Made by a program: the position numbers and the translations under genes. DNA of 64,000 bases from a virus, in IMG/VR virus record IMGVR_UViG_3300009285_000003, positions 1 through 64,000 of that record. The stretch is one strand, 5' to 3'. The notes under the pieces were generated by a model. The model was not told the origin of the DNA. It searched no databases and saw only the letters and a list, made by a program, of their open reading frames with translations. This document shows, in pieces, positions 34,666 to 42,977 of the stretch; position 1 is the stretch's first letter, and each line of letters opens with the position of its first letter.

Positions 34666-35142
34666 TCAGGTCGATGGATGATTAACGGACAAAGAAATAT
34701 CCTCATCTACTACCTTCTGTAACTTGCCACTCTTGCTTATTCCATCTTCAACCAACCACTTGAACACTGTAGTATAAGGAACTACATACACCTCGACCGC
34801 TCTCTCTACCCTAGCAGCCAACTCCTCTGGCAGTCTGAGATAGAAGGTCCTTGTCATCTGTCCGGCCCAGTCCGACGCCCTCTCAAACTGCTCTATGTTC
34901 TCATCAAACCCTCTGAACCATACCCCCTGTCTAGCCATCTGTGCAAACTCATGGTCTATGCCAAGGTGTTTGAGTTCATCGTAGTCTAGGACTACATGCC
35001 TCAGCCTTTTAGGTAGACTGATTGCTATCCTCTTACCCTTACGTACTGAGAAGTCATAGACAGACTGAGCACTTAGTTGTGCTTCAATGATAGAAGCCAG
35101 AAACTGCCCTACTGAATTATTCAGGAAGCTGATGTATGCCAT
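34666..35142 (-). CDS. hypothetical protein
   Basis: ORF track, 158 aa. Confidence 0.6.
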   Translation of the reverse strand: MAYISFLNNSVGQFLASIIEAQLSAQSVYDFSVRKGKRIAISLPKRLRHVVLDYDELKHLGIDHEFAQMARQGVWFRGFDENIEQFERASDWAGQMTRTFYLRLPEELAARVERAVEVYVVPYTTVFKWLVEDGISKSGKLQKVVDEDISLSVNHPST

Positions 35143-35472
35143 CTACATATCTACATCGTCATACTGATGGTTGCCATAAGCCTCAGGATCAAATGGCTCC
35201 GATTCTTCCTGCTCCGATTCTTCCTGCATAGATATGATTATCTCCTCGAAGTCTATTTCCTCTACAGAGGAAGTTAATAAATCTCGGGTAAGACCCTCTG
35301 TATCATCAACATACTCTCTGTAAAACCATTTCCTAAAGAGGTCAGTTCCTTCCTCTGCCCCCCTATTACTGAACTGCCTTAGTTTTAACATGTCGTCTTT
35401 ATCATTAGATAGCCAGTTAAAGGTGTTCCAGGTTTCCCAGTTGCTCCATCCGTTATAACTCATTCGGCCCAA
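35143..35472 (-). CDS. hypothetical protein (Trp-rich N-terminus, acidic C-terminus)
   Basis: ORF track, 109 aa. It contains YNGWSNWETWNTFNW. Confidence 0.6.
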   Translation of the reverse strand: MGRMSYNGWSNWETWNTFNWLSNDKDDMLKLRQFSNRGAEEGTDLFRKWFYREYVDDTEGLTRDLLTSSVEEIDFEEIIISMQEESEQEESEPFDPEAYGNHQYDDVDM

Positions 35473-35668
35473 TCCTTAGCTTTCCATCTCTTACTACAGC
35501 AGCCATACACTTCTTACAGCTAACCGTGTCTTCACTCATAGTTAGCACCACTTTGTAAGGATTGTGCATACACAAGGGCACAATGAAGCTCTCTGTAGTT
35601 CCGTCTCCCTTTCTCAACTCCATCTGCTTAAGTAGATGGACTGTCCCAGTATACGTTGTGCCTGTCAT
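35453..35668 (-). CDS. hypothetical protein
   Basis: ORF track, 71 aa. Confidence 0.55.
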   Translation of the reverse strand: MTGTTYTGTVHLLKQMELRKGDGTTESFIVPLCMHNPYKVVLTMSEDTVSCKKCMAAVVRDGKLRIGPNEL

Positions 35669-35722
35669 TTTAGCTACTCCGCCAACGCCTTCGTCCTACT
35701 TCTTCTTTATCTATAAGTATGG

Positions 35723-35774
35723 TTACACCTTTTACTATGCTTGCTAGCAAGATAGTATATTCGTGTAATCTGTT
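35723..35774 (-). promoter_or_regulatory. 52-nt dyad-symmetric element, copy A (centre GCTTGCTAGCAAG)
   Basis: About 44 of 52 positions are identical to the reverse complement of 42199-42250. It lies in a 215-nt gap within the minus-strand block, upstream of 35453-35668. Confidence 0.4.
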
Positions 35775-35883
35775 TAACAAACCCTACCTTAACCTTCGTA
35801 TCTAAAAAGAGGCTTGCTAGCTAGCTTTTGCCATACTATAGTTTGTTGATCAACAATGTCACTATGGAAAACATTGCCACTAT

Positions 35884-36087
35884 TCAATTGATCTCTTGAG
35901 GTTCGTCGAAGAACCCGAAGCCGCCTTCTTCCTCATCTGGCTCTGTCACAGACCCGAAGGGCTCAAAAAAGCCGCAGTCGTAGCAGCAGTAGCCTATTAG
36001 TTCTCTCTCTGTGTCCTCTACTGGCTCCCAGACTGCATGAGTACACTTCCACCTACGCACTGCATTACTTGGGTATGTAGTTTTCAT
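35884..36087 (-). CDS. hypothetical Cys-containing protein
   Basis: ORF track, 67 aa. Confidence 0.55.
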   Translation of the reverse strand: MKTTYPSNAVRRWKCTHAVWEPVEDTERELIGYCCYDCGFFEPFGSVTEPDEEEGGFGFFDEPQEIN

Positions 36088-36156
36088 TTACCTGCCTCCA
36101 CTATTGCCCAAATAAGAAACACAACTACTCCTACTAGAGAAGTGTAGAAAATGAGG

Positions 36157-36495
36157 TCATTCTGCAATGTGATCTATACCATCATAGTGTTTCTGTATAG
36201 TAGCACAAGGTTTACAAGGATAGCTGTGTTCGGCACTGATAACAGCTATACAATCTGAATGCTTACACTCCCTCCAGCTTCCCTTATGCTGTACTGGCAG
36301 CTTCTCCCTAAGAATAGGAATTGCCTCCTCAAGTGAGGCAATAAAACCAGGTAAGTCCTCCCACATTACATAGGCCGTGACCCTACTACCCTTAGTAAAC
36401 TCTCCCTCTTCCATCATGGTGAACTCTGTAGCATGAGTATTCTCTAGTTGGTGGTGTACATCTACTCTCTTGACGTAGTGAACACTTGCATTCAT
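36157..36495 (-). CDS. hypothetical protein
   Basis: ORF track, 112 aa. Confidence 0.6.
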   Translation of the reverse strand: MNASVHYVKRVDVHHQLENTHATEFTMMEEGEFTKGSRVTAYVMWEDLPGFIASLEEAIPILREKLPVQHKGSWRECKHSDCIAVISAEHSYPCKPCATIQKHYDGIDHIAE

Positions 36496-36801
36496 TTATT
36501 TCTTCTCCTCTGTTTCAACCAATCTTCCGAACTTATCATAGACAGCATACACAAAACTAGCAGGTGATCGATATATCCTCACCAACTGATTCAGTGCCTC
36601 TGATACATAATGAGCTATTGCTAAGGAGTGAATAATAGTATCTACTTCAGCTAACACCTCCTGAGAAGCAGACACAATGCAGTATCTACCTCTATTATGA
36701 CACTCTTCCTTGTCTACCACAATGGCGTCTATCTGTTCCAGGACCTCTGTAGGCAGGGAATCAAGCAGATTAACCATGATGCTACCCCCTTTCCTACTCA
36801 A
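36496..36801 (-). CDS. hypothetical protein
   Basis: ORF track, 101 aa. Confidence 0.6.
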   Translation of the reverse strand: MSRKGGSIMVNLLDSLPTEVLEQIDAIVVDKEECHNRGRYCIVSASQEVLAEVDTIIHSLAIAHYVSEALNQLVRIYRSPASFVYAVYDKFGRLVETEEKK

Positions 36802-37191
36802 TTATGTCCCCTCTCCTTCAAACTGTAGTTTGGACAGAGGGGGTCTACTATAAAGATAGTCCTCCCCCGCCGTATCCACCTTTTCCACCAGCCTAAACAC
36901 GGCTACCTGGTTGTATGCCTTCAGTACCCACTCGCATATAGAGTCCAGTAGAAAATACAGATGAATAGAGGACTTATCTGTGAGGACGGTATAAGTAGCA
37001 TTAAGGTCCTTATATATCTCTCTATCATCGTTTTTCCACCCTCCAGCAGAATCTTGAACAGTATACCCACCAAAGTTATCTATAAACATCTCCTCTAGTC
37101 GTACTGTTCTCTTGTCCCTGGCTCGTGGGACTATTAGGGTGATTCTATACATCAATGCTCCCTTACCACATGAACTAGCATTACTATACAA
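36802..37191 (-). CDS. hypothetical protein
   Basis: ORF track, 129 aa. Confidence 0.6.
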   Translation of the reverse strand: MYSNASSCGKGALMYRITLIVPRARDKRTVRLEEMFIDNFGGYTVQDSAGGWKNDDREIYKDLNATYTVLTDKSSIHLYFLLDSICEWVLKAYNQVAVFRLVEKVDTAGEDYLYSRPPLSKLQFEGEGT

Positions 37192-37233
37192 GTACTAAAC
37201 CAGGATACCAATATGGCTGTTACAGCCGCCTCC

Positions 37234-37419
37234 TCAGGGGTCATCTCCACTCCACCTTATCCTGTATTCTGCGTAACACTCATCACTGCAGAATCTTGTT
37301 CTATGTACTCCTTTCACATGCTTCTCCGCTTCTGCAATAACTAACCCACTACAAAAGGCGCACGTTTGAGCGCAGGGCCACTCTCTATCACAGTCCTTAA
37401 GAAAGATATTAGTGTTCAC
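37234..37419 (-). CDS. small zinc-binding protein
   Basis: ORF track, 61 aa with several Cys/His residues. Confidence 0.55.
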   Translation of the reverse strand: MNTNIFLKDCDREWPCAQTCAFCSGLVIAEAEKHVKGVHRTRFCSDECYAEYRIRWSGDDP

Positions 37420-37640
37420 CCAAGTACCTCCTTGGCCTCGGACTCTCTGATAGCATCTTTGACCTCGCTGTCAATTTTGAACACATAGCCCTCATCTATA
37501 ATAGGATTGAGTTCTTGAAGCCTATCTTCATATAGCTCCGGGTCCCTGTCCACAAGATAGACTTGTAGGTGCTCATTGTATGAGCTGTAGTAGAATATAT
37601 TTTCTACTATGCCACTGTATGTTTCAATAACTATCTTCAC
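37416..37640 (-). CDS. hypothetical protein
   Basis: ORF track, 74 aa. Confidence 0.6.
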   Translation of the reverse strand: MKIVIETYSGIVENIFYYSSYNEHLQVYLVDRDPELYEDRLQELNPIIDEGYVFKIDSEVKDAIRESEAKEVLG

Positions 37641-37660
37641 CTCAATCCCTCCTCTAGAAA

Positions 37661-37876
37661 CTACTTACTGCCCAAAAGACTATCTCTGTCTACCGGGTCA
37701 TATCTGACGGATTTGACTACTAAATCAAGAAGCTCACCACAACCATTGCACTCTAGCTTCTGGTCTGCTCTGTCCCAGTAATCTCCCTTGTATGCAGAGA
37801 ACTCGTCCCAACAGGAAGGGCAAACTAACATCTCTCCATATGGCGGACTTGACAGTAATTCACTAGGCTTAGTCAT
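37661..37876 (-). CDS. zinc-ribbon protein
   Basis: ORF track, 71 aa. It contains CPSC...CNGC. Confidence 0.55.
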   Translation of the reverse strand: MTKPSELLSSPPYGEMLVCPSCWDEFSAYKGDYWDRADQKLECNGCGELLDLVVKSVRYDPVDRDSLLGSK

Positions 37877-37995
37877 TACTTGCCTCCTTTTCCTCTTGCG
37901 AACTTACTTGCACATAAAGCACAAGCCTTCTCTCCATACTTCAGAGCCACCCAATCCTTGGAGTCCCTAAGTGGGTGTCCGTTCTTGCACTTCAT
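37876..37995 (-). CDS. small zinc-binding protein, 39 aa
   Basis: MKCKNGHPLRDSKDWVALKYGEKACALCASKFARGKGGK. It has an ATGA overlap upstream and a TAATG overlap downstream. Confidence 0.4.
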   Translation of the reverse strand: MKCKNGHPLRDSKDWVALKYGEKACALCASKFARGKGGK

Positions 37996-38213
37996 ATCAA
38001 TCCTTCCCAGTTGTAGTGCTTCCTGCACGCCTTACACCAGCCTGTAGTGGTCAACTTTACCTTATGCTCAGGACACAAGGGAACCTTCTCCCAGAATGGA
38101 GCACAGTTCCAACAGAAGTCCCTCATAGTATGTTGTGCTATTCCTTCCTTGAGTCCAGGACAGTACACAATGAGAGCGTCTGGCTTAGTCAACTCTATTC
38201 CTCCTTTGAGCAC
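37992..38213 (-). CDS. Cys-rich small protein
   Basis: ORF track, 73 aa. Confidence 0.55.
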   Translation of the reverse strand: MLKGGIELTKPDALIVYCPGLKEGIAQHTMRDFCWNCAPFWEKVPLCPEHKVKLTTTGWCKACRKHYNWEGLI

Positions 38214-38742
38214 ACCAAATTACAGCCTGTAGTTTACTGGCAGGAATACCTACTTCTCTACTCAACCACCTAACAGCAAAGGCTATATCCTGGTACCTTT
38301 TATACGTCGGACACACTCTCTCTCCCCCATACCCTACTCGATACATCTGGCCATCTATGCACACACTAATAGGACTCCCAAGGATACTCAGATAGAAGTT
38401 ATATACCTTAGGACTCCTCTTAGAGTCTACTAGGTCGAAGAAGTTCTCCCCATCCTTAATTCTGTATGCCTTCTTGAGGGAGTTCTGTAAAATTCCTCTA
38501 GTATCTCTGTTCGCACATACATCCTCTGCTGCCTCAAGATTCTTACCCCATCGAAGTTGTGGGGATAGGACAGCTACAATAGCTGCTACTCTATCCCACG
38601 ACATTCCGTAGGAGTTAGCTCTATTAGAGCACCACTCTCTAGCAGCCTTATACCACTCCTCCCCCTCATTCCAGGTAGAGGCATTAGCAGTTTCTAGGAC
38701 AGTCCTAAAGTTGTCCTTGATGTCACTAATGGGTATCGACAT
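38185..38742 (-). CDS. hypothetical protein
   Basis: ORF track, 185 aa. Confidence 0.6.
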   Translation of the reverse strand: MSIPISDIKDNFRTVLETANASTWNEGEEWYKAAREWCSNRANSYGMSWDRVAAIVAVLSPQLRWGKNLEAAEDVCANRDTRGILQNSLKKAYRIKDGENFFDLVDSKRSPKVYNFYLSILGSPISVCIDGQMYRVGYGGERVCPTYKRYQDIAFAVRWLSREVGIPASKLQAVIWCAQRRNRVD

Positions 38743-38743
38743 C

Positions 38744-38941
38744 CTACTGATGGTGTCCTTTTGGTGACTGAATCCCTAGCCCCCACATATGGATTAGCTC
38801 TCGTTCCCCATTCATCTCATCGTGCAAGGCGGCTACTCCTCGCTCATCAAACTTCTTACCCCAGAACCTCCTCAGTGGGAAGAACCAGATTCCATACTGG
38901 ACAGTTTGTTGAGCAGTGACTGTTGGTAGATATTCTCCCAT
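38744..38941 (-). CDS. hypothetical protein
   Basis: ORF track, 65 aa. Confidence 0.5.
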   Translation of the reverse strand: MGEYLPTVTAQQTVQYGIWFFPLRRFWGKKFDERGVAALHDEMNGERELIHMWGLGIQSPKGHHQ

Positions 38942-38942
38942 G

Positions 38943-39161
38943 TTATTCCACCTTCCTTATCTTGCCGTCCTTCATAAGCACCCTGGCAAAACTGTTCCTC
39001 ACCTTATCAGGCTGCTTACTTACTACTCCAGTCAACCAGCCCTCAGCCTTGTACTCAGGACCAAAGAAACTGGTCTCGATGTAGTCCAGTTCTTCCCCAA
39101 TGCGTGACTTCAATTCCTTCTTTGTGTTGTAGGCAAACGCAATCATGTCATTGCCCTCCAT
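38943..39161 (-). CDS. hypothetical protein
   Basis: ORF track, 72 aa. Confidence 0.55.
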   Translation of the reverse strand: MEGNDMIAFAYNTKKELKSRIGEELDYIETSFFGPEYKAEGWLTGVVSKQPDKVRNSFARVLMKDGKIRKVE

Positions 39162-39442
39162 TGCACAACCAAATCTTCATCTGTAGCCACTACCAACATA
39201 CGAACAGGCAACTTTCTGCCTGCTTTTATAAGGACTTCAGTAGCTCTCCAAGCGGCACCTTCTGTAAGGTACTCCATACACGGAATTGGCTGTAGTGAGA
39301 TACCATAGATACTATCGCCCAGTTCTGCCGCTGGATAATCCCAAGTAAGCACAAAGAGTTTGAAGTTGAGCCTCTCTGCTTGAACGACTCCCTTTGTCTT
39401 CCATCCTCCTGACCTTATGTCTTCCACTTCAATTCTCTCCAT
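39143..39442 (-). CDS. hypothetical protein
   Basis: ORF track, 99 aa. Confidence 0.55.
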   Translation of the reverse strand: MERIEVEDIRSGGWKTKGVVQAERLNFKLFVLTWDYPAAELGDSIYGISLQPIPCMEYLTEGAAWRATEVLIKAGRKLPVRMLVVATDEDLVVQWRAMT

Positions 39443-39804
39443 CCTGCTCTAGGGTTACTCACCCCAACCTCTCTCAAGTGCTTCTCCCTGAGAGTAATGA
39501 CTGCCTGATGTGCCATAGGACTATGATGTCTGTTCATATAGCAGAACTGACACCTATCATCCTTGACCACTCCCTGACAGTCACACATGTTGATAGGAGT
39601 AGTCCTTGTTTCCACCACTACTCCATCCACCACAATGTCGTACTCTCTCCTATTCTTTGTGGCTCTCATTGAGCCACAGAAGTCACAGGGCTTAGGAATT
39701 GAAGAACCTTCAGTACGAACAGGGCAGTGGCACACTGTTCCCTGCATGGTGGATGTCCTTCGCAGCCCACACTGATTACAACGAGGTGGGTTGAAGTGAA
39801 TCAT
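39415..39804 (-). CDS. Cys-rich (multi zinc-ribbon) protein
   Basis: ORF track, 129 aa with many CxxC-like pairs. Confidence 0.55.
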   Translation of the reverse strand: MIHFNPPRCNQCGLRRTSTMQGTVCHCPVRTEGSSIPKPCDFCGSMRATKNRREYDIVVDGVVVETRTTPINMCDCQGVVKDDRCQFCYMNRHHSPMAHQAVITLREKHLREVGVSNPRAGWRELKWKT

Positions 39805-39986
39805 AGAGACTCCTGTAAGTCCTTCAAACCCTTTGTGTGGTCTTGCATCAGTTCATCCTCCTGGTAAGGTGAAAGTACATGCTGTCGTACATCACAGCTT
39901 CCCCATTCAGGAATTGCTGTGCCTTTGGCGAAGCAGACACTGATGCCCATCTGAACATCTGCCTTCTCTTCATAATTGGAATCCAA
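39801..39986 (-). CDS. hypothetical protein
   Basis: ORF track, 61 aa. Confidence 0.5.
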   Translation of the reverse strand: MDSNYEEKADVQMGISVCFAKGTAIPEWGSCDVRQHVLSPYQEDELMQDHTKGLKDLQESL

Positions 39987-40006
39987 GTGAACATCTGCCT
40001 CTCCTT

Positions 40007-40249
40007 CTAACTGTTCTCTAGTTGAGCAATGGCCTGCTCCCTTATGTATACGTATTCGTGGCTGAGGAAGTGTTCCATCACTTCCTCGGTATCCATTGGC
40101 TCACCACACCACGAACATCGAACAGGAGTGAATTGTTCTAGTGCAACGAATGCGCATTCTGGGCAGTCTACATAGGGCTCAGTCCTCTCTTGCTCATCAA
40201 TCTGAGCGAGTGCTGTCAGGACGATGTTTTCCTCATTATCTGTAGGCAC
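40007..40249 (-). CDS. zinc-ribbon protein, first gene of the minus-strand block
   Basis: ORF track, 80 aa. GTG start preceded by AAGGAGAG. It contains CPEC...CSWC. Confidence 0.6.
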   Translation of the reverse strand: MPTDNEENIVLTALAQIDEQERTEPYVDCPECAFVALEQFTPVRCSWCGEPMDTEEVMEHFLSHEYVYIREQAIAQLENS

Positions 40250-40633
40250 TGTCTGCTCTCCTTATGGGGTATGTAGCCGAGCCGCCCGGCCCAATTTCGA
40301 CCGGCCATGCCATGGTAGCACTGCCCGACCCGCCGCGTCAAATCCTACAGCCCAGGGCATCTCTCTTTAATGGCGCATTTAGCTGTAGTTTACATAACGT
40401 TGCTACACGCTCAAGCATCCTGTCAAATGTAAGCAGCTACTGACAGTAGCAACCTTTATTATTAAGCCCAGGGCCTGTCGGCGGTCGTATTTGTTGTAGG
40501 ATTTGGGGCAGGTTGAGCCGTTAGACCGGGGTTGCACAGACGGCTAGGTTCCTGCGAAGCTAGGGGCACGGCTCGGGCCATTGCCCGGCCGAATCTACCG
40601 ATGCGCCTCAGAGGCGCGGAAGGAACACGCACC

Positions 40634-40948
40634 ATGGCAACGTTCACACTGGAGGCTGGTAAGGGGTTCGGTGAAGGGAGTCTGACCATCATTCTGACGG
40701 CGGCAGACTACACCGTGAGCAAACTCCGCGAGGGGAAGATTCGCCGGGTGGTCATCAACGGGGAAGTTGTTGAGGCGGCAGAGCAAGCGGGTGGCAATCC
40801 CCAGTACGCCGCCATCGGGAATCAGCGGGTTATCAACGGCAACGGCAACGGCAAGCTAGGGGTTTGCTGGGTCAACGTCATTGCCCAGAATAGGCCGAAC
40901 CTGAACGCTGCCGAGCTACCCGGGGCGGTCACATCCCGCAAGGCGTAG
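40634..40948 (+). CDS. hypothetical protein in the G+C-rich cassette
   Basis: This is the frame of ORF-track 40532-40948. ATG 40634 is preceded by GGAAGGA. The sequence starts MATFTLEAGKGFGEG... Confidence 0.45.
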   Translation: MATFTLEAGKGFGEGSLTIILTAADYTVSKLREGKIRRVVINGEVVEAAEQAGGNPQYAAIGNQRVINGNGNGKLGVCWVNVIAQNRPNLNAAELPGAVTSRKA

Positions 40949-41019
40949 CAGGGAATCGGAAGGAGTCTGTACCCAACAACGCTACAGACTCCCTCCACAA
41001 TCCACATCGGAGGGAACCT

Positions 41020-41163
41020 ATGGGAATCACTCTGATAATCGCTAACGGCAAGTGTCACGAATGCGGCCGGGCCGTACCGCGTCCCGTGGTTTACTGTATG
41101 GCGTGCTGTGACCGATGGAATCCTCCTATCCCGCCGGAGGAAGGGAAGGGGCGGCCGGGATGA
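41020..41163 (+). CDS. 47-aa zinc-ribbon protein in the G+C-rich cassette
   Basis: MGITLIIANGKCHECGR...YCMACC. RBS GGAGGGA lies upstream. Its stop overlaps the next ATG (ATGA). Confidence 0.4.
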   Translation: MGITLIIANGKCHECGRAVPRPVVYCMACCDRWNPPIPPEEGKGRPG

Positions 41164-41429
41164 ATGCAACGCTTCTCAAGGATGCCGTTGTCGCTTCCCG
41201 CGTCGCTACGTGGTACTCCGTGCAGGTGCCGTGCGTCCGCGTTCACACTGATATGTCGAGTCGCCTGTATGGCACCGTGACAGAGCGCATGGGGCTAGCA
41301 GGCCGGTTTGAAACCCCTATCGGTGCAATGCTGGTAGCGGCAGAGCTATCGAAGCGCTGCGGGACTGCCATCGTCAAGCATCACGGCGACACGTTCGCCT
41401 ACTACGTCGTAGGGAGGTTGGTACAGTGA
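41160..41429 (+). CDS. hypothetical protein in the G+C-rich cassette
   Basis: This is the frame of ORF-track 41115-41429. ATG 41160 is coupled to the upstream stop. Confidence 0.45.
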   Translation: MNATLLKDAVVASRVATWYSVQVPCVRVHTDMSSRLYGTVTERMGLAGRFETPIGAMLVAAELSKRCGTAIVKHHGDTFAYYVVGRLVQ

Positions 41430-41716
41430 AGGCTCGACAGCATGTGTGGGTCACATCTCTTGTTCCCTCGCACCGTCTGACACGCGCTCTCATCAGTCTC
41501 ACTCGTGTACTCACGGAGAACGCATGGGGACGGTACAAATTGCCGTGCGTCTGTGCTGGCTGCATTGCACCGGGTGAGGGATTCAGGGAGCGCGCGCGGC
41601 AAGCTTCCCGCAGTCTCTGGCGTACAGAACGCTATCGGGTAAGGATGGCGCATCATCGGCGTACCGTGGGCATCGTTGCTCTACCCTTCCTCCACACGCC
41701 ACCACGCACCCCCTGA
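41426..41716 (+). CDS. questionable Arg-rich ORF in the G+C-rich cassette
   Basis: ORF track, 96 aa. GTG start overlaps the upstream stop. Its composition suggests it may be a G+C-driven chance ORF. Confidence 0.2.
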   Translation: MKARQHVWVTSLVPSHRLTRALISLTRVLTENAWGRYKLPCVCAGCIAPGEGFRERARQASRSLWRTERYRVRMAHHRRTVGIVALPFLHTPPRTP

Positions 41717-41738
41717 CCCCCTAGCTCCCCAGCGCTTG

Positions 41739-41770
41739 AACCCCTAGGCATCAATCGCTTAGGGGTTTGT
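41739..41770 (+). terminator. hairpin AACCCCTA-N13-TAGGGGTT followed by TGT (weak terminator candidate)
   Basis: It lies just after the G+C-rich cassette. The T-tract is short. Confidence 0.3.
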
Positions 41771-41910
41771 CCCACTGCTTACCAGGGGGGCTGACCAACC
41801 ATTCAATCAATTCTTCCAGGAGCACACCCCCCTAGCTCATTTGTCTGTTTGTTCAATCAGCCTCCTGTGAGCTAGCTCGCGCAATGGCTCGTGCGCCTAT
41901 GCGCCTACAC

Positions 41911-42000
41911 CGTAGCCTATAGCACGGCGCACCACCCGAGTCTGTAGCACCCGGCCCCCCCTGTAGGCTACCCCCCTATAGCTGTAGGGAGCCCTCACTT
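41911..42000. repeat. iteron-like CTGTAG-containing repeats at ~20-nt spacing
   Basis: CGTAGCCTATAGCACGG, then CTGTAGCACCCGGCCCCCC (41942), CTGTAGGCTACCCCCC (41961) and CTGTAGGGAGCCC (41982). Confidence 0.3.
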
Positions 42001-42039
42001 TTATTGTTGGGGTGTTATTGTACACCTACTCCAATTTTT

Positions 42040-42198
42040 CACTCAAATATGCCTCTAATTGTATATACAATTCTTTTCCCATCTAGGTGTATACAGGTAT
42101 ATACAAAATAGATAAGTACTTAAGGTAAAGTTACGTTGTTTTGAGGTGTGTACACCAATGAACAATATTTGTTATACAAGACTTGAATCTGGATGTAT
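42040..42198. promoter_or_regulatory. A+T-rich region with TGTATACA-type palindromes (candidate operator/origin region)
   Basis: AATTGTATATACAATT is a perfect 16-bp palindrome at 42057-42072. GTGTATACAGGTATATAC follows. Further right is the 9-bp inverted repeat TGTTATACA-N15-TGTATAACA. Confidence 0.3.
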
Positions 42199-42250
42199 AA
42201 CAGATTACACGAATATAGGGGCTTGCTAGCAAGCAGTATAAAAGGTGTAA
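42199..42250 (+). promoter_or_regulatory. 52-nt dyad-symmetric element, copy B (centre GCTTGCTAGCAAGC)
   Basis: It matches the reverse complement of 35723-35774. It lies about 70 nt upstream of the HNH gene start. Confidence 0.4.
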
Positions 42251-42322
42251 TCTCTTTAAGAACTACGTAGCAGTGTGTTATACTTAGAATATGGGTATTA
42301 CACAGTTGGAAAGGAGCTTCAA

Positions 42323-42928
42323 ATGGAGGCCAAAAAGTCTTGGATGAGTCAGACAAGGGGGTGGAGACCGATTTGGGTTTCCTATGCCGCCGCTCGAAAG
42401 CTGCAGATAGTAGTATGTGATCTATGTGGGGAGGATCAGAAAAAGGAATGTAATAACTGCTTTGATATTCTTCCTCTAGACCTATTCAATAAGGCTGTAG
42501 GTAGAAGTGGAGAGGTTTATTACGGAAGGAACTGTAGAAAGTGTATTTATAGTCTTAACCCAGGTAAGGCAAAAGACTCCAGTAAGAGGTGGAGAATGGC
42601 AAAAAAGGAGCTTGATCCTAGCCACTTCAGGAACACCACACAATTATATAGAGACAGGAATACCAGGTACATTGTGGAGTACCTCTTAAATCATCCGTGT
42701 GCTAGGTGTGGAGAGTCAGACGTTGAAGTACTTGAGTTTGATCATTTAGACCCCACTGAGAAGGAATATACCATAGCCCAATTGGTAGGGGGGGGAATGG
42801 GTCTGATAAAACTCCAAAAGGAGATGGCTAAATGCCAGGTTCTATGTTCTAATTGTCATAGGAAGAAGACCATTCAGGATAGAGGAGGCACCACTAGGAG
42901 CAAACTGCTAAATTCCCTTAACAATTAA
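42323..42928 (+). CDS. free-standing HNH endonuclease
   Basis: The ORF track gives 42275-42928. ATG 42323 is preceded by GGAAAGGAG. It contains CARCGESDVEVLEFDHLDP...CSNCHRKKT. Confidence 0.75.
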   Translation: MEAKKSWMSQTRGWRPIWVSYAAARKLQIVVCDLCGEDQKKECNNCFDILPLDLFNKAVGRSGEVYYGRNCRKCIYSLNPGKAKDSSKRWRMAKKELDPSHFRNTTQLYRDRNTRYIVEYLLNHPCARCGESDVEVLEFDHLDPTEKEYTIAQLVGGGMGLIKLQKEMAKCQVLCSNCHRKKTIQDRGGTTRSKLLNSLNN

Positions 42929-42977
42929 AGTCCACTATCATAGTTAGGTTATCAATTAAACTTTTGGGGTCTAAACT

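Noticed and set aside
40290-40330. CCATGCCATGGTAGCACTGCCCGACCC resembles a fragment of 5S rRNA.
   Set aside because: Only a short patch is similar and there is no full-length 5S-like structure or flanks. It is probably coincidence in G+C-rich DNA.
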